Source: an uncultured Candidatus Saccharibacteria bacterium
GTDB taxonomy: Bacteria > Patescibacteriota > WWE3 > UBA101185 > UBA10185
Length of the DNA: 45,254 nt
Direction: 5' to 3'
Assembly: GCA_964559585.1 (NCBI GenBank)
Contig: CAZLHE010000001.1
Location: 1-45,254 of the forward strand
Shown: positions 1 through 8,711 of the stretch, piece after piece
Position numbering within the stretch: the stretch's first letter is position 1
Layout: every line of letters begins with the position of its first letter
Position numbers and translations under genes: made by a program
The notes under the pieces: model-generated
The model's input: the letters and a program-made list of their open reading frames with translations, nothing else
What the model was told of the DNA's origin: nothing
Database searches by the model: none

Positions 1-27
1 GGAGTTTTCTTTTTGTCTAAATTAAAA

Positions 28-732
28 TTACTTCTTTTCTTCTTTTTTCTCTTGAGGTTTTACTTCGGGTTTTTTAACTTCTTCTTCCTCACCCTCTTCT
101 TCAGGTTTTTCTTTTGTGGCTTCAACCTGTGCAATGGCCTCTTCCTCAGAAACTGCCTCTTCCGGCTCTTCTTGGATCTTTACTTCCTCAAGTCTCACAA
201 CCATTTCTTCAGGATCGATATCAGGAATGGAAACCTTCGTTTTATCATAATCGAGCTGCGATATTGAGATTCCCCTACCAAATTCCTTCAAGTTAGAAAT
301 ATCAACCTTAAATTCGTGTGGAAGGTCTTCAGGCAATGCTTCAACAGTAACTTCTTGTAATAGCTGCAAGGCGATTCCAGTCCCAGCTTTAACAATCTCG
401 TTGTTTTCTTCTCCGACAACAACAACAGGAACCTGAGCCTCAATTTTAATTGTGAGATCCGGCTTATAAAACCCTACATGTGAAACCACGTCAGTTACCG
501 GGTCAACCTGAACGTCCTTTATAAGAACTTTGAATTTTTTATCCCCGCAGGTTATATCAATAAGATCCGTCTCTCCTGATTGCTTATAAACTTTCATAAA
601 TTCGTTGTGTTTCAAGGAAATGGATAAAGACTCCATACCTTTTCCGAATATAACTGCCGGAATAATTTTGGCTCTTCTTAAATGTTTATTTGCTTTTCCA
701 AGCTCTTTTCTTGTTTCTGCTTTTAGTTCCAT
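28..732 (-). CDS. rplY: 50S ribosomal protein L25 / general stress protein Ctc (long form) with Glu/Lys-rich C-terminal tail
   Basis: 234-aa ORF. The N-terminus RKELGKANKHLRRAKIIPAVIFGKG and the two-domain length are typical of L25/Ctc. The last ~45 aa are low-complexity E/K. A TATAAA hexamer lies 5 nt upstream of the ATG on the minus strand. Confidence 0.9.
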   Translation of the reverse strand: MELKAETRKELGKANKHLRRAKIIPAVIFGKGMESLSISLKHNEFMKVYKQSGETDLIDITCGDKKFKVLIKDVQVDPVTDVVSHVGFYKPDLTIKIEAQVPVVVVGEENNEIVKAGTGIALQLLQEVTVEALPEDLPHEFKVDISNLKEFGRGISISQLDYDKTKVSIPDIDPEEMVVRLEEVKIQEEPEEAVSEEEAIAQVEATKEKPEEEGEEEEVKKPEVKPQEKKEEKK

Positions 733-822
733 AGACGTTTATAGGGCATCGGTATTTTACTTTGTAAGCTTAATGCGGTCAATATTGAATAATTGTACTA
801 AAAAAGGGATCAAAAGTAGGTT

Positions 823-2643
823 TTAAAGGCCTATTTTGTATACTTTGCTTCCGTTTAAGACAAAAAGTGTCTTTTCGTCAGGCGAAACGGAGATACTTCT
901 AATATCGTTCCAAGTGTCCGATGTGTCGTATTTATACTGTTTTACGAGATTCCCTTTATCGTCCAATAAAACAATACTTTTGTTTCCTTTATCGGCTACG
1001 TAAATATAATTCAAATCGGCATCGGCAACTATCTTTGATGTGTCTGAAAACGGGTTTTCTAACCCCGAAACAGAAAAGGAGGTTTTGGTGCCTGCTGAGT
1101 ATGAAACCAACTCCCCGTTTGATTTAAGAATGTATATGTTAAAGGCAATGGTCATTGACCTCGCACCACTAAAATCAGGACTCTTTGCCCACACCGATCC
1201 TTCCAAGATCCCTGCTTTTTCGGTTTCTTTAATCAGGGTGTCGTCTGAGATAACATAAATAAATCCAGCATATGGGAACGTGAGAGAAAGCCCTTCAACT
1301 TTGTAAGATTTTCCTACTGCCATCGTTTTTAAATCAAAAGTTTTATATCCAACCGTGTCGTTAAAACCCAGTGATTCACCACTGACTGACAGAGATTTAA
1401 TGCCTGGGAAAGTTGCCGCCGCAACCTTAAAATTGGGAGTTTGAGTGTCAGACACAAACATTTTTCCAGTCGCTTTATCTACCACAACAACCTGTGTCCC
1501 GACTATTTGAATGTCCGTAGGTTCGGACTGGGGCTCTGCAATTTTGATATCATAAAAAACTTCCGGATTTATTCTTGAAACTTTAAACTGTTCGTCTTTG
1601 GATTTATCTTCTTGGGGTTGTGTTGGAGAGGCTATCGATTGATTGTTTGAAGACATCCCGCTTGTGTTATCGACAAGTTTCTTTTTATTTTTAAACACGC
1701 TTGATCTGATTGTGAAAAAAACCGATATGGCCAAAAGTACTGCTATACCTCCAAGGAAGGCCCAGCCCTTAAGTTTTCCACGGTCGCCTTTTGAAATTTG
1801 GGATAATTTGTTTGTTATTATAGTTGCTTTTCTCCTCGGAAGCCTTTTGATTAGTTTTGCTCCCAAAAGTTTTAGTGATGAGGATAATTTCCTTCCAAAA
1901 ACAGCAATTTTTTCGAAAAAATCTTTTAGCGCGGAGACAATTTTTTCTGATCTAACCCTCATCTTGTTTTGTGACACCGCCTCCCCAAGTCCGAAATCTA
2001 TAACCTCATCCTGCGAAAAAGAAGTATCTATCAAAAGTCTCATTAACAGACATGATTGGTTAGGGTCTAAATCACTTTCCGAAAGACTCGAAGACAAAAG
2101 TTTTTCAGGAGGAACCGACTCTTCAAACGGATCCGTACAAAATATTAATACTTCGTCTTCGTCCACAACCTTTGAGGAGGTCGAGAAATTTCCTTCAGAA
2201 ATCATTTCCATCGGAACAACACCGCCGCCTTTTACCGTATAGCACTTTGCAGACCCAAACTTAACTATATACAAAACATTTCCCCATAATACAGCTGACA
2301 TAACGTTAAGAACTACCCTTTGAGGGTTGGTGGTGTTGGTGTCTGCAGAAAGCTGAAGGATTTTCTCTTTTGTTTCAAGAATAGACCTTTCCATTGATTG
2401 AATTGGGGAGATGCTTTCGGAGTTAAAGTAAGAATCGTGCAAAACATCATAAACAACTTTACATACAAGCTCTGTGTCAAAGTTAGAGCCTCCGGACAAA
2501 TCAAACATGATGTATAAAGTACCTTTTTTAAGAAGAAGTTCCTGGCTTTCCGGTTTGATAGTTAAACATTTTGAAAACGAGTTGCTGTATTGGGGCAGCT
2601 TTGGGTTTAGTTCTTGTGTTTTTGCTGTCAGTTTTTTTAACAT
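823..2643 (-). CDS. membrane protein: cytoplasmic PP2C/SpoIIE-like (partly degenerate) domain, one TM helix, beta-propeller-like ectodomain
   Basis: 606-aa ORF. The N-terminal ~190 aa follow PP2C motif order (FDLSGG / VLYIVKFGSAK / LIFCTDPF) but lack the Asp of the GDSR motif. A hydrophobic helix WAFLGGIAVLLAISVFFTI follows. The C-terminal half is beta-rich with an NHL-like stretch YIYVADKGNKSIVLLDDKGNLV. Confidence 0.5.
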   Translation of the reverse strand: MLKKLTAKTQELNPKLPQYSNSFSKCLTIKPESQELLLKKGTLYIMFDLSGGSNFDTELVCKVVYDVLHDSYFNSESISPIQSMERSILETKEKILQLSADTNTTNPQRVVLNVMSAVLWGNVLYIVKFGSAKCYTVKGGGVVPMEMISEGNFSTSSKVVDEDEVLIFCTDPFEESVPPEKLLSSSLSESDLDPNQSCLLMRLLIDTSFSQDEVIDFGLGEAVSQNKMRVRSEKIVSALKDFFEKIAVFGRKLSSSLKLLGAKLIKRLPRRKATIITNKLSQISKGDRGKLKGWAFLGGIAVLLAISVFFTIRSSVFKNKKKLVDNTSGMSSNNQSIASPTQPQEDKSKDEQFKVSRINPEVFYDIKIAEPQSEPTDIQIVGTQVVVVDKATGKMFVSDTQTPNFKVAAATFPGIKSLSVSGESLGFNDTVGYKTFDLKTMAVGKSYKVEGLSLTFPYAGFIYVISDDTLIKETEKAGILEGSVWAKSPDFSGARSMTIAFNIYILKSNGELVSYSAGTKTSFSVSGLENPFSDTSKIVADADLNYIYVADKGNKSIVLLDDKGNLVKQYKYDTSDTWNDIRSISVSPDEKTLFVLNGSKVYKIGL

Positions 2644-2644
2644 G

Positions 2645-2926
2645 TTATTTAATCAGGGTAAGAAGAGTAATTGCTATAATGGCTAGAGGTGCAATCAGGT
2701 TTGTGAAGGCAAGAAGTGAAAAAACCGGTGCGAGCGGGGTTTTGAAGTTTGTATTCATTATCTTTACCCTTCTTGTAAGAAGAAACGCAAAGAATAAGTA
2801 AAAAAGGGTCAGCACCAACACAACGATTTCTGTTACAGTCGGAACCAGCCCCACAATCTTTCCGATTTCCGTATCTATGGGGTAACTGGGTTTAATTATT
2901 TCTGGCGCGTTACTAAATATGTCCAT
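2645..2926 (-). CDS. small hydrophobic membrane protein (hypothetical)
   Basis: 93-aa ORF with 2-3 hydrophobic helices. It overlaps the upstream gene by 14 nt and stops 1 nt before the downstream gene start, so it is tightly packed in an operon. Confidence 0.45.
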   Translation of the reverse strand: MDIFSNAPEIIKPSYPIDTEIGKIVGLVPTVTEIVVLVLTLFYLFFAFLLTRRVKIMNTNFKTPLAPVFSLLAFTNLIAPLAIIAITLLTLIK

Positions 2927-3473
2927 TTCTTTTCTCCTTTGTTACCAAATCTGATATTGCATCTCTAACAACGGAAGGGTTATCAATCATATTAATTTCA
3001 AACTCTGTGGTTTTCCCCGCAGTCTGTATGAATATGCTACCTATATTTAATATTTCTCCGATACTTCCATGTATCTTAGAATTAATATCCTGAATATTTA
3101 TAATAGGGGTTTCCGAAATACTTCTACAACCCTTATTTATGTCCACAACTTTCTTACTTGTGACGAGAAAAACTTCAAAATACCAATAGAGAAATACTTC
3201 AAATACAAAACCGACTGCAAAAAGATAAAAAAAGAGGGCAAAGATAAAAAGAGAAGGCCCATCGAAAATATGCACTTTATAGACAGTGGCTTTTGCCAAA
3301 AATGGGATTAAAAATAAAGGAGCGGCAAAGAGAAAAAAAGCCATTAGAAATTTTGGAAAAAGAGTGTAAAGACTTTTTCTTAAGAGTATTTCTATAGTCT
3401 CGTCGGAATCTCTGCCCTGATAATCGGTATTAGCAGGTCTTTCAATGAACGTTTTAAAAATACCTATCGCCAT
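2913..3473 (-). CDS. membrane protein with C-terminal bacterial PH-like (YdbS/YdbT-type) domain
   Basis: 186-aa ORF. Two adjacent TM helices (FLMAFFLFAAPLFLIPF, LFIFALFFYLFAVGFVF) are followed by a ~70-aa beta-rich domain (KKVVDINKG...GSIFIQTAGKTTEFEINMIDNP) in the arrangement typical of bPH_2 proteins. Confidence 0.45.
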   Translation of the reverse strand: MAIGIFKTFIERPANTDYQGRDSDETIEILLRKSLYTLFPKFLMAFFLFAAPLFLIPFLAKATVYKVHIFDGPSLFIFALFFYLFAVGFVFEVFLYWYFEVFLVTSKKVVDINKGCRSISETPIINIQDINSKIHGSIGEILNIGSIFIQTAGKTTEFEINMIDNPSVVRDAISDLVTKEKRNGHI

Positions 3474-3534
3474 TGTTTTTATTATACCATCGAGAATAAA
3501 AAAGATTTCTGAGGCCCAAAAACAAGTAGTCGAC

Positions 3535-5079
3535 TTATTTTTTTTTGATTATGATGCTTATTTCATCCTCGTACACAGATTTCCATTGGGAGTTTTGATT
3601 GCTTTTTTCCAAAAGGTATTTAATAACTTTGCTTTTTGGTGTATCCAAAATCCAGGTTATGTTGTAGTCAGACAGGTACTTGTTTAGTAAATCAGAGTTT
3701 TTTTCGGGATCGTAGGAGATTAGACGGTACTCTTTAATAAAGAATTTTCCATTTTCATTCCAGGAGGTCATCCTCCCGTCAATAAATGTTTTGTATTCCG
3801 GAAGTTGCCATATCAAGTAACCACCCCAGTTATATACATTCCACATATTACCAACTATCGGGTTACTTTTGATGTACACCAAAGCGTTATATGGGTACTC
3901 TGCGTCCACAGACCAGTTGGAAATATCTGCTGCCAAAAAAACATTCTTCATAAATAAAGAACTTGTAGCAAAAACTAGGCACGCTAAAAAAACAACCAAA
4001 CATGTTTTTGGCAGATGCATTTTTTTATTCTTTACAAATGTAGATGTGTCTTCTATCAAAATCTCAAGCTCTTGGATTATGGCAAACGAGGATATGATAA
4101 AAAATATTCTTCCGAGATAAGATGCCTTAATCGAAAGCATGTAGAAGAGTACTATTAGGACTTTATACCACCAACCAAACCGAGCCTGCTTCCTCTTAAA
4201 AGCTGATAGGCCTGAAATTAAACCAACTGCTAAAAAAATGCTAATAAAAAGTGCCATGGGATCTTCAAAACTAAAGTTAAACGGCGCCCACTCTTGCACA
4301 AAGGATTTAATTGGCAGAGTGAGCTCTTTTGTAAGTGTGGTCCAAAGCTGTACCCCATAAGGGTTTAATAAAGTTAAAAGAGTGCAGAGTAAAAAAATCT
4401 TGAATGAGTTCAGGAAAGAACTGACAAAAAACCATAAGTTTTTAGTTTCTTTTATTCGAGCTATTTTTTGAACCCAGTTGTCTAAACAGTAAGCGCCATA
4501 GACGAAAAGTGCTAGTACAAAATCAGCGTGTACATTCGCCCAGATTAGAAAAATGAAGGGGAGAAACTTGATCCAATCTTTTTTAAAAAGGAGAATGTAA
4601 AACAGGAAAAACATAAATATAGTGCTGTAGTAGAAGGGTCTTACTGTAAGCGTATATATTGATAGAGCTACTGAAAGCAAGATGTAATTAATGGATAAGT
4701 TTAGAAGACTTTTCGTTTGTCTTTTTATTAAAATCAGAAGAATTGTATTCAAAATAAGGCTTAGAATTAATGTTGAGATAATACTTCCAAGAAAGTGGTG
4801 CGAAAGATACATAATTAATTCCGCGACCCAGTAGGAGTTAACCCATTTGTAATTTGTATTCGTATAGGAAAAGATGTTCTCCCTTAGAATCTTACCGTGT
4901 TGAACAAAGTACTCCCCATATTTATAGTGCCAGCCAAAATCAGGGTCGCTCGGCGGTTTAAAAGAAACGAGAGTTCCAAATATTACCAAGAGTAAGTAAA
5001 CGAGATTTGTTGTGTTGAAAATTTTTTTCACAATAAGCGAATTATATATTAATAAGTAAAAACTAGAGAATAACAACAA
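3535..5079 (-). CDS. polytopic membrane protein, GT-C-like glycosyltransferase candidate
   Basis: 514-aa ORF with a TTG start. It has 10 or more hydrophobic segments, an acidic first loop KPPSDPDFGWHYKYGEY, and a soluble C-terminal ~130 aa. The topology resembles ArnT/PMT-type GT-C enzymes; the family is not identified. Confidence 0.45.
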   Translation of the reverse strand: MLLFSSFYLLIYNSLIVKKIFNTTNLVYLLLVIFGTLVSFKPPSDPDFGWHYKYGEYFVQHGKILRENIFSYTNTNYKWVNSYWVAELIMYLSHHFLGSIISTLILSLILNTILLILIKRQTKSLLNLSINYILLSVALSIYTLTVRPFYYSTIFMFFLFYILLFKKDWIKFLPFIFLIWANVHADFVLALFVYGAYCLDNWVQKIARIKETKNLWFFVSSFLNSFKIFLLCTLLTLLNPYGVQLWTTLTKELTLPIKSFVQEWAPFNFSFEDPMALFISIFLAVGLISGLSAFKRKQARFGWWYKVLIVLFYMLSIKASYLGRIFFIISSFAIIQELEILIEDTSTFVKNKKMHLPKTCLVVFLACLVFATSSLFMKNVFLAADISNWSVDAEYPYNALVYIKSNPIVGNMWNVYNWGGYLIWQLPEYKTFIDGRMTSWNENGKFFIKEYRLISYDPEKNSDLLNKYLSDYNITWILDTPKSKVIKYLLEKSNQNSQWKSVYEDEISIIIKKK

Positions 5080-5118
5080 GCACGGGTTGTAGGGTAATAC
5101 CTGACGGATGATTCACAG

Positions 5119-6918
5119 CTAATTAACTATTTCAAAATCAAACAGCGTGTTTTTTATTGAAACATACCCTGGGGCCCGAAGATTGAACACATTTTTAAAA
5201 ACACCTCCGTCGATAGTTACGTTTCCGTTATTTGTTTTTAATGTTACTTTTGAAGTGTACCCACCATTACTTATGTCCACGCTTATGTCGGACACGCTTG
5301 TATATTTGTTGTCTATATACTTTTCCGCAACGTCCCCCATCTTGTCTGTGGAGTACGGATCTCCTCCCCAACAGCTTGTTGTCAGAGGAGTTATGTGACT
5401 CTTTTCACCACTTGAACCTTTTGTATAAACAACCCACGCATTCAATATGTCCGCCATTTCAGATGATTTCATCCATGGGTGTGGGTGTCCGCACGTGCTG
5501 TTATCGTTGTAGCTTTTTGTGTACCAAGCTTTATAAAACCAGGGGGAACCGGCTTTCTTTTCGTATGCATCTGACGGCCAATCTCCTTTTACATCCCACC
5601 CCACATTGTTAATATAACCGCCGGTTGTGGATGAGTACTGGGACGTCTTTGGGTTGTCCAGGATTACACCCTTTGTTGAATCGACAGCATCTTTCCATTT
5701 CGACGGCGGGTTGTCGGATTTGCTTTTCGAAAATACCTGGCATGCCTGTGTTGTACAGATTGGTTTGCCGGATCTATAAGCGTAGGTTCTTGCAGCAATT
5801 GCCTGGGCTTTAAGAGCATCTGAATCCCAATCACTTGGCATTTCTGCTATGCCGTAAAGGTATTTTTGAAAGTCTAGTGTTCCATAGCCCTGTACACTGA
5901 TTGTTTTTGGAAAACTGCTTGGTTTTGTTGTTCCAACTTTGTAATAAAATTTCAAAATATCTTTATATCCCTGTCCGTTGTCGGCTCTTCCTTTTGCTCC
6001 GTACTGGCTCATTCCATTGCCATGGGTATATGCGCCGTAGCTGAATGCAGCAAAGGCTGGTTTAAAAGGAGCGGAAGGAGTTTTAGAAGATGGTTGCTCG
6101 TAATCTCCGACCGATCCATTTTCATCACTGTATTTCAAAGCTAATATTTTGTTTTGAAGGTTCTCAAGTTCTTTCTCATACTGAGTTGTTTTTTGTGAAA
6201 GTTCTTTTGCTTGACTTTGGGCTGTGGTTTTTCTTGCGGCAATGTCGTTTGTTAGAGAAATTAGATTTTTCTGTGCGGTTTCAAGTTTAGCTTTTAATTC
6301 TTCCGCAGTTTTTTTATCCTGTTCAAAACCTTGGATTTCGGAGTTTAAGGCGCTAATTATTTTTAAGGTTTCTTCATTCGCGGCTTTGCTGAATGCATAA
6401 AGGTAACTTGAAAGTTGAAAACCGGTAAGATTTGCGTTTTCGTTTCTGGCAAAGAAAAGTTCCAGGTCATTTAGAATGTTTTTCTTTGAGTAGTTTCGAA
6501 GAAGGGAGTTTCGAATTGCAATTTTGTCTGAGAGTTTCTGATTTCTGTCTGAGAGGTTTTGGCTTATTTCGTCTAGATCTTTTTTTATTCCGTTGATATC
6601 GTTTTGAACACCATCCAATTGAGCTTGGGTGACTGTTAGCTGGGATGAGAGTTGGTTGATGTTGTTTAGGGTTGAATCGAGAAGTGCCCTTGCGTTGCTA
6701 AGTTTAGCTTGTGTTTCCCTTTCTTTTTTTTCATAGCACGCGGTCCGGTCACTTAAATCTGATATGTTTTTACAAGTATCTTCAGCATAAGTATGTAATG
6801 GTTTTTCCGTTAGAAAAGTTAGAAATAATAGGGCGGTTGCCGTTACGAGTAATATTTTATTTGAGATTTTTTTTTGAAACATGTTGGTTAACCAAATTCT
6901 TGGAAAATAGCCTAGCAT
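5119..6918 (-). CDS. SpoIID/LytB-domain peptidoglycan-remodelling protein with N-terminal anchor and long coiled coil
   Basis: 599-aa ORF with a hydrophobic N-terminus and a ~220-aa heptad-rich Q/L/N/K region. SpoIID hallmarks are present: GMSQYGAKGRADNGQGYKDILKFYY and ALKAQAIAARTYA. Confidence 0.85.
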   Translation of the reverse strand: MLGYFPRIWLTNMFQKKISNKILLVTATALLFLTFLTEKPLHTYAEDTCKNISDLSDRTACYEKKERETQAKLSNARALLDSTLNNINQLSSQLTVTQAQLDGVQNDINGIKKDLDEISQNLSDRNQKLSDKIAIRNSLLRNYSKKNILNDLELFFARNENANLTGFQLSSYLYAFSKAANEETLKIISALNSEIQGFEQDKKTAEELKAKLETAQKNLISLTNDIAARKTTAQSQAKELSQKTTQYEKELENLQNKILALKYSDENGSVGDYEQPSSKTPSAPFKPAFAAFSYGAYTHGNGMSQYGAKGRADNGQGYKDILKFYYKVGTTKPSSFPKTISVQGYGTLDFQKYLYGIAEMPSDWDSDALKAQAIAARTYAYRSGKPICTTQACQVFSKSKSDNPPSKWKDAVDSTKGVILDNPKTSQYSSTTGGYINNVGWDVKGDWPSDAYEKKAGSPWFYKAWYTKSYNDNSTCGHPHPWMKSSEMADILNAWVVYTKGSSGEKSHITPLTTSCWGGDPYSTDKMGDVAEKYIDNKYTSVSDISVDISNGGYTSKVTLKTNNGNVTIDGGVFKNVFNLRAPGYVSIKNTLFDFEIVN

Positions 6919-6926
6919 ATATGGAA

Positions 6927-6935
6927 ATTATATCA
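6927..6935 (-). promoter_or_regulatory. extended -10 (TGATATAAT) for the SpoIID gene, 8 nt from its ATG (leaderless-type)
   Basis: Plus-strand attatatca reverse-complements to TGATATAAT. The ATG is at 6918-6916. Confidence 0.5.
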
Positions 6936-6957
6936 GTTTAATTACATGTGGTTTTGA

Positions 6958-6966
6958 TGGTATATT
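6958..6966 (+). promoter_or_regulatory. extended -10 (TGGTATATT) exactly 6 nt upstream of the ATG at 6973 (leaderless-type)
   Basis: The sequence reads tggtatatt tctagt ATG. No Shine-Dalgarno is possible in the 6-nt gap. Confidence 0.5.
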
Positions 6967-6972
6967 TCTAGT

Positions 6973-7968
6973 ATGAGGAAGATATTTTTTGCCTTTTTCT
7001 TTTTTTTGTTCCTTTTCTTTTGTATTATTCCCTTAAGTGTTGGTAAAACCTTTGCCGCTTGCGATTTCGTAACTGGATATGGATGTACGTATTGCGTTGA
7101 TAACGCAGGTACTTGTATGGTTGATTCAAGCAGGTCTACTTGTCCCAGTGGAGAATACCCCGACGCAGGCTACTGTGTAGACCTCGGAGGAGGTTGTCCT
7201 ACCGCACCAGGTCCCTGTTCAGCAACTTCTACGTGCGGTCATAATACCGACCCTTGTAGCGGACCTGGTGCGGGCACTTGCTGTAGTGGTGAAAATCTTG
7301 TCTGTCAAGGCGGCAGCTGTGCTATTCAGACTCTGTGCGTCATTTCCGGTGCGGTGTGTACTGGAATAAGTACACAGGGGAACTGCTGCGATATAACACA
7401 AATATGCGACTACTATGGTGGTAGTACAACGTTAACATGTGGAACCCCGCAAACACTCCTGGGATATGCTTGTGATATGTTCAGCCATGTCTGTGTTCCG
7501 TGCTATGATACAAGCCAAACTGGATGCAACCCCCCTCAATATGATCCTGGTAGTTATAATACTTGTGATGCCGCCTGCAAAGGAACAATACCCACGAGGT
7601 TCAATTGCCTAAATGGTGATTGTACTCCGGCCCAAAATGGGTCGTATTCAGACTATCTGACCTGCAAGCAAAATTGTTCTCCTACATCGCCATATGACTA
7701 CAAGTACGACTACTCCTATAGTGGCTTGCGCTTCTCCAACTTGGAGGCGGTGCTAGCCCCCGTTGCAAAGATACTCTTTTACGCATCACTTGTAGTTGGA
7801 GTACTTTTAATTATCTACTCAGGATATGCATTAATGACTAGCGAAGGCAATCCTCAAAAAGTGCAGCAAAGTCAGGAACAGCTTACCGCCGCGATTCTTG
7901 GAATAATCTTCATTTTATTGTCAGCTGCAATTCTTCGTGTCATAATAAACTCTATACTGGTAGCATAG
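6973..7968 (+). CDS. secreted Cys-rich ectodomain fused to a C-terminal VirB2/TrbC-type (T4SS pilin-like) TM-loop-TM module
   Basis: 331 aa with signal peptide MRKIFFAFFFFLFLFFCIIPLSVGKTFA. About 30 Cys lie in ~230 aa. The C-terminus reads ILFYASLVVGVLLIIYSGYALMTSEGNPQKVQQSQEQLTAAILGIIFILLSAAIL, the same module as the next three ORFs. Confidence 0.6.
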   Translation: MRKIFFAFFFFLFLFFCIIPLSVGKTFAACDFVTGYGCTYCVDNAGTCMVDSSRSTCPSGEYPDAGYCVDLGGGCPTAPGPCSATSTCGHNTDPCSGPGAGTCCSGENLVCQGGSCAIQTLCVISGAVCTGISTQGNCCDITQICDYYGGSTTLTCGTPQTLLGYACDMFSHVCVPCYDTSQTGCNPPQYDPGSYNTCDAACKGTIPTRFNCLNGDCTPAQNGSYSDYLTCKQNCSPTSPYDYKYDYSYSGLRFSNLEAVLAPVAKILFYASLVVGVLLIIYSGYALMTSEGNPQKVQQSQEQLTAAILGIIFILLSAAILRVIINSILVA

Positions 7969-8000
7969 TAGTAAATTAATTATTCAAGGGGGTGTAATAA

Positions 8001-8324
8001 ATGTCTAAACTAGCATATTTGGTAGCAGCGGCTATTCCTTCTAACAATGAGCTTAATCCTCTACTAGGAATTACAAACCTGAGAACACTTTTCACGTTTG
8101 TAACAAACGCGGTAATTATTATTGGTTTGGGTATCGTCATAGTAATGTTGGCAATGGGATTTATTAGTTTCGTAACATCTCAAGGTGACAAGGTAAAGAC
8201 AGAACAGGCACAAAAATGGGTAACATACGCTGTTATAGGAGGAATTGGTTTATTTGCCGTTTACGCTATAAGAGCAGTCATCTACAGCATAGTGGGTGCC
8301 AACAATGATTTTACCAATTACTAA
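8001..8324 (+). CDS. VirB2/TrbC-type T4SS pilin-like protein (paralogue 2)
   Basis: 107 aa. The SD AAGGGGGT lies 8 nt upstream. Module: VIIIGLGIVIVMLAMGFISFVTSQGDKVKTEQAQKWVTYAVIGGIGLFAVYAI. Confidence 0.6.
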   Translation: MSKLAYLVAAAIPSNNELNPLLGITNLRTLFTFVTNAVIIIGLGIVIVMLAMGFISFVTSQGDKVKTEQAQKWVTYAVIGGIGLFAVYAIRAVIYSIVGANNDFTNY

Positions 8325-8399
8325 TTTACTTTGGGCTACCGTCTAGTAATTAGTTGGTTGGGGTAGTTGTGTTGCATATCTTTGGTCTATCGATGATTT

Positions 8400-8711
8400 A
8401 TGTTATTAGCAGGTGCCTTTAATAAATATTATAATATAATGAATTTTGCACCACAGGGTGGTCAATACACGGAGGTGCAGTCTTTCGTATATTTAGTTGC
8501 TAACGCTTTTGTTGTGATTGCTGTAGGGATATCAGTCGCTATGTTAGCCTTTGGGTTTTTACAAATGGCAACAAGTAGCGGAGACCCAAAGAATGCAGAA
8601 AGGGCGCAGCGTGCAATACTTTGGGGAGCAGTCGGAATACTAGTCTCTCTATTCGCATACGCACTTAAACTTGTCTTGCTAAACGCGGCGGGAGTTAGTG
8701 ATTTATATTAA
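8400..8711 (+). CDS. VirB2/TrbC-type T4SS pilin-like protein (paralogue 3)
   Basis: 103 aa. Module: FVVIAVGISVAMLAFGFLQMATSSGDPKNAERAQRAILWGAVGILVSLFAYAL. The start codon is uncertain; an internal Met lies 13 codons in. Confidence 0.55.
   Translation: MLLAGAFNKYYNIMNFAPQGGQYTEVQSFVYLVANAFVVIAVGISVAMLAFGFLQMATSSGDPKNAERAQRAILWGAVGILVSLFAYALKLVLLNAAGVSDLY

Noticed and set aside
13-296. Phe/Leu-rich plus-strand ORFs 13..267 and 114..296
   Set aside because: They are antisense translations of the Glu/Lys-rich tail of L25. Their low-complexity composition is an artefact of the opposite strand.
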